DNA of 63,892 bases, counting the filler, from Octopus bimaculoides (Eukaryota): the NCBI RefSeq assembly GCF_001194135.2. It is 4 parts of 4 records of this genome, joined end to end, with 100 filler letters (N's around TTAATTAATTAA, not from the genome) between each part and the next. Parts side by side here need not be neighbours in the genome. Positions count along the whole stretch, not along the records: positions 1 to 19,751 come from NC_069003.1; 3 more parts are not named here. One strand, written 5' to 3'. Below are positions 1 to 14,325 of the stretch, one piece after another; the first letter of the stretch is position 1; the number at the start of each line of letters is the position of its first letter. Position numbers and translations under genes: made by a program. The notes below the pieces were generated by a model that was given only the letters and a program-made list of their open reading frames with translations, did no database searches and was not told where the DNA came from.

Positions 1-199
1 ATTGAGCGGTTTTAATCGAATGAATCGACATCAGTACTTATTCAGTTTTTGTTTTCAACCTTTACTTATTCTACCGGGAATGTTTACCCAACCGCTAAGT
101 TACAGGCACTAAACGTCTAGAGGTGGTGATCGATAAACTCTCTCTCTCTCTCTTTCACACACACACACACACACACATACACACACACATACACACACA

Positions 200-262
<63 letters not shown>

Positions 263-568
263 CACGGGTTCTTTCAGTTTCTCTCTATGTGTATGTGTAA
301 CCGTATTTGTACGTTTCTGTCTTTGTGTTTGTCTTAAGCTTTCCTAAAGCTTCACACCAGGCGTTGGTTAGTTTACCTTCCAAAACTTAACGGTTCAGCA
401 AAAAGGAAATAATTGAATGTGTACCAAAATGTAAAAAAATAAGTATGAGGGCGATTTATTCGGCTAAAACTTAGTCTGCAATCTGAGGAAAGCAACGAAC
501 AAGACAAAAGTTGTATAGAACATCGTATATTAAATATCTATATTATATTGTATACCTATAACTTATAT

Positions 569-680
569 CAGTGGTTCTCGACCATTTTTTGCCTATAGGC
601 CCCTATAAGCCCCTTCCATTCCTATTTTACACAACTGGACAGTCTTAGCCTTTCGATGAATGCAAAAATAAATATTTTTG
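569..680 (+). mobile_element. hAT MITE left-end fragment
   Basis: cagtggttctcgaccattttttgcctatag is homologous to the start of the 29300 element. Confidence 0.55.
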
Positions 681-1345
681 TACTGAAGAAGGTTAATCAG
701 TTTATTACACATCAATCTTAGAACGAGAGTCATATATGAATCCCTAAGAGAATTTTCAAACGAAGAAAAGAATCGTTCTTTTAATGAGAGTGTGACACAT
801 GTATTTCTGGAACGCAACTCACAACAGATAGCTTAGAATATGTCATATGAAGTAGGCAAACATGTTCACATATTCGCGTCTGAATATACTACGCCGATCC
901 TGTACTAGTTCTTCTTATCGAAAGCAAATTAGAGGATTGAAAAGTGGGTGGAGTAGTTATTATTGTTAATATTAAGATGGATTGAAACTTTGTAGAGTTC
1001 GCCATAACCAAAGAAAAGGAAACATAATTACAGACATGTGTTGTCTGATTTACCATGTTATTAACAAAGAAGGGAAGGAAAACAAATTGCACACAAATTT
1101 TACAAAGTTTAAACAACAGGCTACGTACAGCGACACTCACACACACATACAATGTAAGTGTGTAGGAGACATTTTCCGGAAATTGGATATGATTTAGAAT
1201 AAGAATAGTAATACATGAGTGAAGAACGAACATATGGTGCCTGTGTTTATTTGGTAAAAAAAAATATGACCATACCGAAATACAACAATATCTGTTTCAA
1301 CACACGACTTCACATTAGGAGTCTTGCAACACAAATTCATAAACG

Positions 1346-1387
<42 letters not shown>

Positions 1388-3365
1388 NNNNNNNNNNNNN
1401 NNNNNNNNNNNNNNNNNNNNNNNNNNNNNNNNNNNNNNNNNNNNNNNNNNNNNNNNNNNNNNNNNNNNNNNNNNNNNNNNNNNNNNNNNNNNNNNNNNNN
1501 NNNNNNNNNNNNNNNNNNNNNNNNNNNNNNNNNNNNNNNNNNNNNNNNNNNNNNNNNNNNNNNTATATATATATATATGATTATCAATAAATTTGACTAG
1601 TGTGTTAGAAACACCTATATTAGGGATAAAATGCCCTATTACAATAGTCAAACCACATAATTGTATGTGTGTGTGTGTGTGTGTATGTAATATTGTGTTA
1701 GTGTTTGCCCCACACCACTGCTTGACAACTTGTGTTGTTATGTTTACGTCCGTAACTAAGCGGCTTGTGAAAAAAGTGTCCATTTGATTAAGTACCAGAT
1801 TGAGAAAAAGAAAAGAAATACATACTATGATCGATTCATCGATTGTTAGTGTAAACCTTTTGAGCCTGTGTCACGGCATAGCTACAGTCCAATGGCTGAA
1901 GCAAGTAGAAGATAAAAGATAAGGCCGAAACGAATAAGAATACTTCAGAGATTGGAGCATAACATTAGAGTTTGAAACTGTGAAGTCGCACTTATTGTAG
2001 TAACATAGGTTATTGTCAACCAAATACTAAAGAAATCTCATTTCAGAGTCGAAGATTTGTGGCCTGCATAGTACTGTTATTGATCAAACATCACATATAC
2101 TCGTTAACCTACACTGCTTTGCACTAAGTGATATTTATTGGGGTTTATGATATTTTAAAATACTTCTAAGTATTCATATTTATCCTTTGTCTTAAAAGCT
2201 GAAGATTAGTGTATTACATCATTGTTATTGAATAATATATTGCTATTAGTTTTCTTCAGCTTTTGCCATGTTGCTTGAAAGAAGTAATATGAGCGTTGGC
2301 GTTTATGAAAATCATTAATAATATACACTTTAGCGGTTTGCTCATGTTATAAACTAATCTTACTAGTGCCGCCAGCCCCTTAAGCTATGGGTCATCGAAG
2401 ATATTAGATTTGGACTCTTATTTCTTTATTATATAGAGATGGCTCCATTGCTTTGATTGCGGATGGCATTTAGCTGTTACGAATCTGAAGTTTTTACGTG
2501 AAAATTTCTCGAAAAAAATATACCTTTTCACACATGCGGTTGATTAACTGTCTCAAGTTCTCAATTATTTTAAACATGAGCGAAGGTGCGTGAGTTAGAG
2601 TGTAAGGTATTCGGCTTGTGATTGTGAGGTCACGAGTTCGATTCTTGGTTAAAAGCGTTGTATCCGTGAACAAGTGTTATGTCTCAAGCTACTGCTATCT
2701 AGCACCTTCGGATGATCTCTACTCAACCGCTACACAACTGCTACTCGACTGCTTCTCAACACACCTACCACATACAGTTGTATGAAGGTGCATTGGAGAG
2801 TATTTCAGCTCGTATGGATTGATTATACGTGCATGTTGCAAGTCAAAAATGAAACATACTAACTGTTGTCCTCACTATGAATCATAAATATTACAGGTGT
2901 TGAATCATTTCTCCTACCTCTGTGTAATTGGCAGGATTTTCTGTTACTTATTAAAATCTATGTAATCGTCATACGGATCTGAATTTTTAGAATTTAATTT
3001 CGTCTTGACACTTTCTAAAATAATCGGATTAATTTCCAAATTTCTCTTTCGTCAAATCAAAACTTGGTGACCCTCAAGAGTTTTGTCTCTTTCACTTTGA
3101 TCCATCTAAGTAATCTTATTTAAAAACGACTCTTCCGAGTCATAGCAACCACACGAATGTATGAATTGATCGTTTCAAATTTTGGCACGATTTCGGGGAA
3201 ACTGGTCAATTCGATTTCATCGCTCTACGTGCTCAAATGGTTAATCTTATCGACCCCTGAAAGGATGAACTGGAAACTTGACATCAACAGAATTTGAACT
3301 CAGAGCCTAAAGACGGACGGAATGCTGCAAAGTCTTTGCGCATCGTGCTAAAGATTCTGCTAGCT

Positions 3366-3527
3366 CGCTGTTTTATTGCCTGAATTATTAACATCTATAA
3401 ATCTATGGCATATACTAGAATTTTCCCTAAGAAAATTGCACTGAGTTTTCGCTGTTGTATTGCTTGAATTATTAACATCCATAAATCTATGGCATATATT
3501 AGAATTTTCCCTAAGAAAAATGCACTG
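3366..3527. repeat. 84-bp tandem duplication
   Basis: cgctgtt..attgc.tgaattattaacatc recurs at 3366 and 3450. Confidence 0.9.
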
Positions 3528-4243
3528 ATTACATCATAAACTTTTGTAATATGAAGTGTAAATTAACTCTGATTTACACTGATTTTTGTTATATAATGAT
3601 CGCACATTTGTGTTTCACAGGGCAAGATTTGAAGTATGAATAATAAAATAGCTGATAATATTTCAATGTGTCTGCATTTAGGGTCTCCACAGAAATAAGT
3701 TCACGACCTCTGAATATAAAATGAGTGAGATTGGCTATTCATTATTCTATCTTACATTTTCCCTTTTGTTGTCATTAATATGTTAATTATATATATATTG
3801 CGATTGGCTATCTTATAAGATATTTGAATGTTGCTTGAAACATGATTTGTAAATATGCGTGAGTTTGTGTGTGTGTGTCTGTTTGCGCGTTTCTGTGTGT
3901 TTGTGTGTGTTTATGTGTGTTCGTGTATGTACATGTCTGTTTGCGCACGTTCATTTAACAACATCATTAATAATATTCAGCTTAACGGATTGGCTGTGTT
4001 GTGTGCTAGAGTAACTGAAATGCTTGATGTCTTTGAGCAATGTGCCTTGGAAGGAATTAGAACTTTGTTTGAACCTTATCTTTCTTTTCATATTAAGAAG
4101 ATTAATTTCGAATACTTCATTGCCTTGATCTCTTTGGCGTTTTCTTGATACGAATCCAAAGTTCGCTTAGGAAAAGTCTGAAAGAAATATATCTCCCACC
4201 CCCCGCATGCATTTTCCAACGTATTCCGCCTTCTCCATAAATG

Positions 4244-4315
<72 letters not shown>

Positions 4316-5181
4316 CTATCTATTTATATATCTATGTATCAATCTGCATGTAAGCGTCTGTTCGAGTGTATGTTTACGTTTGGACCAAACCAAAACAAAG
4401 CAACTCACATGTGAGAATGAAGAGAACCACTTACCTCAGTATAGACTCCCATACGACTTCCCAAGAACTCTAAAGGTTGCTTAAAAAATTCAGATCCGAT
4501 ACACACAGGTTTTAGGCTGTCTAAGATTCAGAATATTTTGCACATTATTTTCCGAAGGGGATTTGGGACTTCGAGCTATTTATTGCCTTTCTGTCCTGTA
4601 ACATTGATAAATATTTTTTCAGTCAATAATAATTTCATTTCCATATAACGGTGTATTAAATCGCTAAGTATAGAATTCTGTGCACACATAAATANNNNNN
4701 NNNNNNNNNNNNNNNNNNNNNNNNNNNNNNNNNNNNNNNNNNNNNNNNNNNNNNNNNNNNNNNNNNNNNNNNNNNNNNNNNNNNNNNNNNNNNNNNNNNN
4801 NNNNNNNNNNNNNNNNNNNNNNNNNNNNNNNNNNNNNNNNNNNNNNNNNNNNNNNNNNNNNNNNNNNNNNNNNNNNNNNNNNNNNNNNNNNNNNNNNNNN
4901 NNNNNNNNNNNNNNNNNNNNNNNNNNNNNNNNNNNNNNNNNNNNNNNNNNNNNNNNNNNNNNNNNNNNNNNNNNNNNNNNNNNNNNNNNNNNNNNNNNNN
5001 NNNNNNNNNNNNNNNNNNNNNNNNNNNNNNNNNNNNNNNNNNNNNNNNNNNNNNNNNNNNNNNNNNNNNNNNNNNNNNNNNNNNNNNNNNNNNNNNNNNN
5101 NNNNNNNNNNNNNNNNNNNNNNNNNNNNNNNNNNNNNTGTGTGTGTGTGTGTGTGTGTGTGTTTCTGTATGTGTGTGTGTT

Positions 5182-5224
<43 letters not shown>

Positions 5225-6269
5225 GTGTGTAGAAGTAGTTTCGTTTATAATTCATCCATAGTTTATTCCTAACCGATATCTTGGTATGAAATTAAAAACG
5301 CAATTAAAATTCACATAAGCAACAGTAGTCTTTAAAGTTAGATTTGCATTCCTGTAAACGTCAATATGTAAACTTACATTTATATTGATTGTACACAGCA
5401 CGATATTCCAAACAGGAAAGAATTCGGTTTAGTTCCATCACTATAAAATAATCGTTTGATTCCTGTTTAAGACAGATTTGGAATGAAAAACTACATATAT
5501 ATATAAACTAAAATGAAATATTCGATTTCATAAATTCCAGGGGAAATGCGTTCGTTTACAAAGTTATACGAAACCTATAAGCTGATAACCTTTAACAGGG
5601 TTATGCCGCTAATTGTTAAAACATATTCCTTATGATGTTCATAGTAGAGCTATATGTAAAGAGATATTCAAACAACCTCTCTTTCAACACATATTTAGAT
5701 ATTGCATGCCAACACACTGATTGTTTGTTAAATGCATTTCATACGTGTATCAATAATACGGTAACTAACATTCTGTATGTAAGTATTTTCCCTCCGGAGT
5801 TGCAGCTGTTTATTTTGCTAATGGTGTTGATCAATGTAACCGTATAGCTTATATGTTAATTTGTCTACAATATTTCAATTCTCCTTCACTAAGTTATATC
5901 AGTTTTATAAAATCCTTTAGTTTTATAAGTATCCAAGTATGTGAATGAGCAAGTATGGCATCAAAATCAAGCAAAACATTTATAGATTAATGTCATTCAT
6001 CTCTTTTACATCGACTCCAGTACCCAACTGGTTACTTATTTTATAAATACTGAAAGCATTAAGGGCGAAAATCCACCTCGACAGAACAGGAACTCAGAAC
6101 GTAAAAACGGACGAAATACCGCTAAGATCTGTGTTTTACATTCAGTTATCGAGCGTTTATTTTTTTTTTTAACCTCAGTGGGATGAGCTTGCAGAACTGC
6201 ATAGAATGCCTTGTGGCATTTATTCTGTATTTTTCCACTGTATGTTCAAATTCAGTCTTGGTTAAATTA

Positions 6270-6453
6270 ATAGTCCAAGACGATGCGTCAACTGGTTACG
6301 GTCAAACAACTGAGAAGCAAATCTGTGGTATTGAGCAGAATATTTGCTGTAGCCCATCTTTTTATACCAAGACAAAACAATGTACATGATAACACATCCA
6401 AACGATTAAGATCAGAAGCCATGAGAGCCACTGCCTGGTACTGCATCCGGGCA

Positions 6454-6455
<2 letters not shown>
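6270..6455 (+). repeat. Dispersed repeat family C
   Basis: Homologous to 40100-40170 (ggttaaggtcaagcaactgacaatcaaatatgtggtac) and 56525-56575 (agaagccatgaga.ccac.gcctggtac). Confidence 0.7.
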
Positions 6456-6486
<31 letters not shown>

Positions 6487-7794
6487 ATTATTATTATTAT
6501 TATTATTATCTGTCTGACCCAGAATCCAATAAATTATGCTGCTCATAAATAGGCAAACCACATAAAATGAATACGAATATAGATGAAATACATATTTTAC
6601 AGACCCCAGAATGATAGAAAAGATGATCAATTCCAGACGGACTTGAACTCGCAACGTACTACATGTGAAAATCAAATTAAATGTTGCTTTATATAAATCA
6701 CATGACTGTATACATCATTTTTTTCTTCTGTATTTAATTAGTTTGTGTATTCAAACATTGATGATCTATATATTTCCAATGATTGTAGAAATTAGGATTT
6801 TCATCAGAAAAATAATTAACTATAGCAGAAAAATACTATTTGATTAATTTTCAAATACTTTTTTATTACGTAACTTAATCTTTATAGCATTTTTCACCAC
6901 ATTCTCCTTGTCTACAAATGAAAATGTCAACAACAATTTACAAATTCGCAATTTACAAAGTTCAAAAAATTCTCGGAAAGACAGACGGCGTTAACATTAT
7001 TCACATACAAGTAATCAACAAAACGGATGTTCTTTTTCTTTTTTTTTCTTTTTTTTTTGTCTTATTACGTTTGTTCTATATGTTTTTTTCCCCTCACCTC
7101 ACCTTAATTAGGAAACAAGCTGTATCACAAACAGCCTGCCAAAATTCAAGAGGTGAAATCCGTGAGAAAACAAATTAGTGAAGAAAAATAATGTTTTGTA
7201 TATTATTTGCTTGTTTTTGTGTGTGTATGTGTGTGTGTGTGTGGTGGGGATGTGAATGCGCGAGTGGGGTGTCTGTGTGTGTGTTCGTCGTGTTGTGTAT
7301 GTGCATATGTTTATACATATATAAACATACACATGAATATATACAGATATATAAATACAGTATCTATGTTTATATATACAGATTTATATATATATATATG
7401 TTTATATTCACTTATATACCCATATACATATATCATTATATTGTTATACACATACAAGCATATACACATACAAGCATATACACATACAAGCATATACACA
7501 ACAAACACATACATACATACAAACATACGTACGTACATAAATGCATATATATGTGTGTGTGTGTGTGTGTGGTAAGAAGCTTGCTTTCCAGCCACATGGT
7601 TTGATAAATGTTTCCACAATGAAAACACGATACTCACCCGTCCAATACATGTTGGCAACTGAAAGCAAAATAAAGCAAATTGTCACAGACTGCGCTTATT
7701 GAAACAAAATGGCATTATATGTGCATTTTGATAATAAAAACGCATCTTTTGTTTTTTACTCCCTTTCACTTTTTATTAAACCTACAAATGTGAG

Positions 7795-8200
7795 AGGTCA
7801 TTTTGCCGCACCCTGTAGAAGCTAGAAGGCCTGGTTTGGTAGCAATAGATAAAGGGGATAGAAAGTCCCAGATAATTGACTTTATAGTCCCAAATGGTGG
7901 AAAAATCAATATGAGAGGTATAGAAAAAATAGCAAAGCACCAGGACCTAGCTATCGAATTGCGGACTATTGAAAATGTAGGTAAAATGTATTCCAATATT
8001 TATAGGTGCATTGGGAACTATCCCTAAAGATCTGAACAAATGAATAGAGGAAATAGGCATAAAACCCAGTTTAGTACAGCTCCAGAAAACAATGTTTTTT
8101 TAGGGACATCTAGGATAATTAGGAAGGTTCTTGGCATCTAAGACTACTTGTAGCCCGATGTAAGGATACTTTTCTTTTCCAACAGTCTAATCTGTTGAAT
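7795..8200 (+). mobile_element. R4/Dong-clade LINE 3' end (RLE domain), decayed
   Basis: Encodes RRPGLVAIDKGDRKSQIIDFIVPN...IEKIAKHQDLAIEL, then PKDLNK*IEEIGIKPSLVQLQKTMFLGTSRIIRKVLGI*. A trinucleotide tail (AAG/AAC/AAT)n follows. Confidence 0.85.
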
Positions 8201-8276
8201 GTAGAAGAAGAAAAAAGAAGAAGAAGAAGAAGAAGAAGAAGAAGAAGAAGAAGAAGAAGAAGAAGAGGAGAAGAAG

Positions 8277-8330
<54 letters not shown>

Positions 8331-9259
8331 AATAATGATGATGATGATAATAATAAACAATATTAATAATAATGATTTCAAATTAATGCCACAAGGGCAG
8401 CTTGGGGGAGGGGATTAAGTCGATTACATCGACCCCAGTGCGTAACTGGCACTTATTTATTCGACCCCGAAGGCATGAAAGGCAAAGTCGACCTCGGCAG
8501 AATAATAATAATAATAATAATTAGTCATTATGAATGAAGAAGGACAAGAACTAATATTTCACGTGAAGGAAGCTTAGAAAATGTGTGACAGAGAGAGGTG
8601 GTTAAATATAGAGAGTGTGTAGGAGAAAAAGAGAGCATAGAAGGAGGTGGGAGGGAGATTTATGGAAGGAAGAGAGGGGTGGAGAGAGAGAGGTAAAGAG
8701 GAGAGAGAGGTAAAGAGGAGAGAGAGAGGTTCAGAGAAGAGATAGAGGAGTGGAGAGAAGGAAAGGGAAGAATCGATGTAAGGGAGAGAGAGAGTGTGGA
8801 AGAGGGGAGAAAGGGAGACGGGAAGAGAGGAAATGGGGAGAAAGGGTGGTGAGGCAGAGGATCAGGCAATTAAAGAAGAGAGGGAGTGGGAAGGTAAGAG
8901 AAGAGAGAAAGTGTGAGAGATGGGGATAAGTGATGGGAAAATGGGAAGCGTGCAAAACGGTTAATTTCAAACAAATTCTGTTGGGTGGGGTGGGGAGTGT
9001 AAAAGAAATGCAATTCAATTAGAAATACTTTATTGAATTTTTTTTTTTTCTTTTGGTTAATCCTGAAAGAAAAGTGGCTGATCAAAGTTCAATCCACCGG
9101 TGAAAAAAAAAACTGCGAAAAATATTGAATATGGAAGTATTTGGACGTTTGAAGAGGTTGCGACTTTAATATTATAATTACAGAAATATTAATGTGCTAT
9201 AGCCTTCTTTCACTAAATCAATCTATGAAACTGAATTAATGGCAGTTTAACCATTTGTG

Positions 9260-10365
9260 GTTATAACGAGGGAATGAGATTAGCAGGGGATGATTTAACG
9301 ATAAGAAGTTTAGCAAAACCAACGATAAAGCTCTGATGAGTGCAAGGTGGTTGAAAGGGAGGGTGGTCTGAGGAAGAGAGGTGAAAGGGAGACGAGAAGA
9401 GAGGAATTGGGGAGAAAGGGTGGAGAGACAGAGGATAAGCAGTTAGAGGAGAGAGAATGCAGGTAGGAGCAGGGGGAACACGGTAGCTAGATCTACTAGA
9501 AACAACAGCCAAATTTCCCAAGATAAAAGGGAATTATTTACCGATAAGATATTCAGCAAAACCAACGATAAAGCTCTAATGAATGCAAGGTGGTTGAGAG
9601 GGAGGGGGTTGAGGAAGAGAGGAGAAAGGGAGACGGAAAGAGAGGAAGTGGGGAGAAAGGGTGGAGAGACAGAGGATAAGCAGTTAGAGGAGAGAGAATG
9701 CAGGTAGGAGCAGGGGGAACACGGTAGCTAGATCTACTAGAAATAACAGCCAAATTTCCCAAGATAAAAGGGAATTATTTACTGATAAGATATCCAGCAA
9801 AACCAACGATAAAGCTCTAATGAATGCAAGGTGGTTGAGAGGGAGGGGGTTGAGGAAGAGAGGAGAAAGGGAGACGGAAAGAGAGGAAGTGGGGAGAAAG
9901 GGTGGAGAGACAGAGGATAAGCAGTTAGAGGAGAGAGAATGCAGGTAGGAGCAGGGGGAACACGGTAGCTAGATCTACTAGAAATAAAAACCAAATCTCC
10001 TCAGAGAGAAGGGATCGATTTACCGATAAGATATTGAAGAAAAACCAACGATAAACTTAGACATCATGCATGGGATGAATACGAAAAATTTAAAACTACT
10101 GAGTGCAGTGTTATTTTTCTACGGTAGCTAAACATTCTAGAAATAGCAGCTAAGTCTCCTGAGATAGAAGGGACTATTTAGCGATAAGAAATTTAGCAAA
10201 AACAGACGATAGCATCTGACATGATGCATGAATGGACAAGAAAAGGTTTTTATCTGCCGAGTGCAGTGTGGTTTCTGCATGGTAGATAGTCTTACAAGAA
10301 ATAACAGCCAAATCTTCTGAGATACAAGGAAAAGATTTAGCGATTAGAAATTTAGAAAAAGGAAC
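9260..10365. repeat. Tandem array of ~241-bp units (3 near-identical) plus ~160-bp degenerate units
   Basis: agcaaaaccaacgataaagctct recurs at 9312, 9555 and 9796, and in degenerate form at about 10037 and 10195. Confidence 0.95.
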
Positions 10366-10399
10366 GATTAAAATTTGCGATTATGTTTCAGATAAATAA

Positions 10400-10610
10400 A
10401 GCAGCGAACTGGCAGAAACGTTTGCACGTCGGCCAAAATGCTTAGCGGTATTTCGTCCATCTTTACATTCCAAGTTCAAATTTCGCCGAGGTAGCCTTTG
10501 CCTTTCATCCTTTCAGAGTCGATAAAATTCGTACCAGTTGAGCACTGGGGTCGATGTAATTGACTCGTCCTCTTCCCCAAATTCACTGGCCTGCTACCAA
10601 ACTTTGAAAT
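10400..10610 (+). mobile_element. SINE family B
   Basis: Collinear with the 13010-13192 element. Confidence 0.85.
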
Positions 10611-11185
10611 CAATATTTCTCCGATAAATGAAAACCCCTATGATAAATAGCAGATTGAACAACAAATTCTGGGGACAATTAAGTCGACTGAAGACTTCCA
10701 AGATGTTGTTCCTACATAACCTGCCTCCAATGGCTAAACCAAATAAGATTCTAAAGAATAATTATATAACAAAACAACAATGCAGTATACAATAAAAATT
10801 TTCACGCAAAAAACAAACTTCAATTATAGTCTTTGGAGACTGCTTCGAATAAATATTTTATATGGAAATATTCTACCAGGAATATTGACAGCTACATCAT
10901 GAAACCCAGCGAAACCAACCAGCGAAATATTTGCTTAATAACCATTAAATTTGTATGGCTTCCTAAGAAACATAAATTCTTGCCTTCCAATACTTGAATT
11001 CATATAACGCAATCGTTAAATTGTATTGATTTTAGTTTAAAAATTACAAACTAAATTTTTATGTTTAAATTTCATTAATTGAGCAAAAGTTTTCGTAAAT
11101 AGCATCTCTTGAGTAATTTCTATAGCCCAATAGATATCAAAGTATTCCGTAGGTATTTCTGAATAATGTTCGACACATTTAAGGA

Positions 11186-11370
11186 GGTGAAATGCTTAGC
11201 GGTATTTCGTCTGTTTTTACGTTTTCAGTACAAATTCCGCCGAGGTCGACTTTGCCTTTCATCCTTTCGGGGTCAATAAATTAAGTACCAGTTGAGTACT
11301 GGGGTCTATCTAATCGACTGGCCGCTCCCCAAAATTTTCGAGCCTTGTGCCTAGAGTAGAAAAAAAAAAG
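11186..11370 (+). mobile_element. SINE family B, 5'-truncated
   Basis: Collinear with family B, with an A-rich tail. Confidence 0.85.
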
Positions 11371-11719
11371 AATATTCGACAAATATGATTAATGATTACT
11401 GAAATTCACGAACCTATTGGTATTTATACAACTTCATTACTTTCACAATTCATTTGCTAAAGTTTTCTGGCATTTCATTTTGTTTCAAATGTTATTTGGT
11501 TTATAAAACAAAAGTGTATATTCCTCTACACGAAGACTGGCACATCTAAGAGTCATAGAGTAAGATTATGACGTAGTTTTTGACTTGTTTGTGACGTAAA
11601 ATTGCGACGCGTGCGCAATGAAGTCTCACTGAAATGAAGATGCTTCACAGAGCTTCCGCAAGCTTACATCAAACCAGCGGAGAAAGTTATACCAGTCTCT
11701 CGGCCTGCTAAGTGGTACT

Positions 11720-11945
11720 CTCTTCTTTTTTTTTTTACTCTCTTTTACTTGTTTCAGTCGTTTGACCGCAGCCATACTGGAGCAGTGCTTTTAGTCGAGC
11801 AAATGGACTCCAGGACTTATTCTTAGGAAGCCTAGTACTTATTCTATCGGTTTCTTTTGTCGAACTGCTAAGTTACGGGGACATAAACACCAGCATCGTT
11901 TGTCAAGCGATGGTGGGGGACAAACCCATATACATACTCAAATAC
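11720..11945 (-). mobile_element. SINE family A 3' half
   Basis: Reverse complement of the 40400-40580 region; CpGs retained. Confidence 0.85.
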
Positions 11946-12049
11946 ACACAAACCCACACACGTCTATGGGTGTATACATATAGACTTGATGAATATACAC
12001 ATAAATACTCTTATAAATATATAGATATATGCATATATTTATATATTTT

Positions 12050-12105
<56 letters not shown>

Positions 12106-12379
12106 TATACATTGTTTTGAATATGTACAAACGTGCGTATTTTGTATATACATACGTGCAAGTATGCTAATTTAAACCTAGATATTCCCATTTATGGATG
12201 CTAATGTACACACTTTTGTGTCTAATATTATTTGTCATGAAAAGTACCTCCAAAATTGATCATTCAACTGTGAGCCTTTTTGCAGTAACTGGTGATTCTT
12301 CTGATCATCTTCATTGAAGAAACCTTTTATTCACAAATCGTTGTCATTTTCATCTCAATTTTCAATTCCCCAAGCAGAG

Positions 12380-12720
12380 ATTTCCTAATAACAATATGGA
12401 TGGACATGACAATATCAACTACAATGGCTAAGAATCAAAGGAAAACAAGACGAAGAAAGATACACAGATTATTTTGGTTTTGGCTATAGAAGAAACTGGA
12501 AACATAAAGCGCAATTTCTTGGAGTTATGCAATCACTAACGAGCTATTTAATTGCAATAAAAATTTCAAAATAATCCCTCTGTTGGCTATATGAAAAGAA
12601 TGAAACGATTCTGGGCGAACATTACCCAGAGCTAACTTTTTCATCGACAAAACAATTATACCGCATGTGACATTTGTTGAACGCGAGAGTTACTAATAAT
12701 TTTATTCCAAGAAAATGATG
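12380..12720 (+). mobile_element. Probable R4/Dong-like LINE N-terminal fragment
   Basis: Degenerate GYMKRMKRFW-EHYPEL motif resembling the N-terminal region of R4-clade ORFs. Confidence 0.4.
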
Positions 12721-13009
12721 CGTATGATTTTATTACCATAAGTGTTAATATCGTACGAATAACACTAAGCTTCAAAACCCATTCTCCCAAAATGGACCTG
12801 CCTGTAACATAGATGTTAAAGCGTGTCGCAACGGGTACATTTGTTATTAATATGATATCACGAAGGGATAACTGTCTTCAAAATATCTACGATTTTGGTA
12901 CATTGACGCTGGAAGAGTGAGATGAATATTCAGTTGAAATATAGTTTTGCAAAAATCGTTCAAGAAAACTTAAAATTCATCTAAAAATAACTCATACTAA
13001 AAGAGCCGT

Positions 13010-13192
13010 AATTTGGGGGGGGGGATATTAGATTAGATCGAACCCTGTACGCAACTGGTACTTAATTTATCGACCCCGAAATGATGAAAGACAAAGTCGA
13101 CCTTGGCTGAATTTGAACTCAGATCGTAAAGACAGACGAAATATCGCCAAGCATTTAGCCCGGCGTGCTAACGTCTCTGCCAGCTCGCCGCC
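13010..13192 (-). mobile_element. tRNA-derived SINE, family B
   Basis: ggcggcgagctggcagagacgttagcacgccggg head and ctgagttcaaattc B box. Other copies at about 3200-3370, 6000-6130, 8400-8500, 24400-24730, 25325-25460, 47000-47140, 54250-54420, 57330-57530 and 61560-61720. Confidence 0.9.
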
Positions 13193-13599
13193 TTGTGTGA
13201 GACGTCATATCACCAATAGTTTAGAATCCTGTGAAAATTCAACTTGCAATCAACCAGTCGATGTAACGTAGTTAATGACCAAGCGTTTATTTCTACACGC
13301 TTTGTATGTGTATATGATCTGTTGGTGTGCCCACGTGTAAAAAGGACTTTAGCAAACTGCATATTCGGCATTGTGTGCTTTAGGAATTTCCGAAGTGCAA
13401 CAAAGCAGTGAATATATATGATCTCTATATATTGCTTATATAGATGTTCGTAATGCCAATTGTGCTTTAGCAATTTTCAAAAGCAAATTTTAAGATTTAG
13501 TTGATAATCAATCGGGAACAGCAACTGTTACCAATATTGAGCAGTGAAAGCCGTAACTGAACAGAATTCGCAACAAAGTATCAGGGACTGATCCTGGAC

Positions 13600-14102
13600 A
13601 CTTAATAAATCGTGTCCTACACTGCATGAGCAGCTTAGGCGGTTTGGTGAAGTGTATAGATGAGGGCTGTTACTGACTCATAATAATCCACCATAATGCA
13701 AGGAAATATTCAGCGACGACAACACAACAAAAAGTAAATTAATCTGGTTGTGAAGGTCTACCTCACGCTCTCGACTCTACTGACCTAGCACCATTAAGTT
13801 TTCCCTAATTTAGGTCGCTTAAAATGTTTGCCAAGAGAAGAACTTTCCGAAGCTACGAATAGGTCGAGAAAGTTTTCGAAACATTTCCCTCTTTAACAAC
13901 TGAAAAAAAAAAATCTGATTGATTTTTTTCTTCTTTGCATAACGTATCAGGCACCTGACTGCGACATTGTAAAATGTTATTGTAAAATGTTATTGTTAAC
14001 AGTGACCATTATATTTTGAATGAATAGACACATTTACGATATGTTATATGCTGATTTAATCTCATTATATGAAATGCGACATTACTTTCCTACCAGCCTA
14101 AT
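13600..14102 (+). mobile_element. Mariner transposase 3' relic with right TIR
   Basis: GCEGLPHALDSTDLAP resembles WEVLPHPPYSPDLAPSD. The end ...cattactttcctaccagcctaa resembles a mariner TIR. Confidence 0.75.
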
Positions 14103-14194
14103 TCACACACGCATACATACACGCACACAAACACGCAAGCACATATATGTAGACAGATACATATAAATAAATATATGTGTGTGTACTCTGGGTA

Positions 14195-14234
<40 letters not shown>

Positions 14235-14235
14235 A

Positions 14236-14325
<90 letters not shown>

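Noticed and set aside
2580-2690. tRNA-like A/B boxes here and at SINE heads
   Set aside because: They continue into SINE bodies, with no full cloverleaf or acceptor stem.
6183-6389. 68-aa ORF resembling a secreted Cys-rich peptide
   Set aside because: Its 3' half is dispersed repeat family C, homologous to 40100-40170, and its start abuts a SINE.
9260-10365. CRISPR-like regular repeats
   Set aside because: The units are contiguous tandem copies without unique spacers, in a eukaryotic context.
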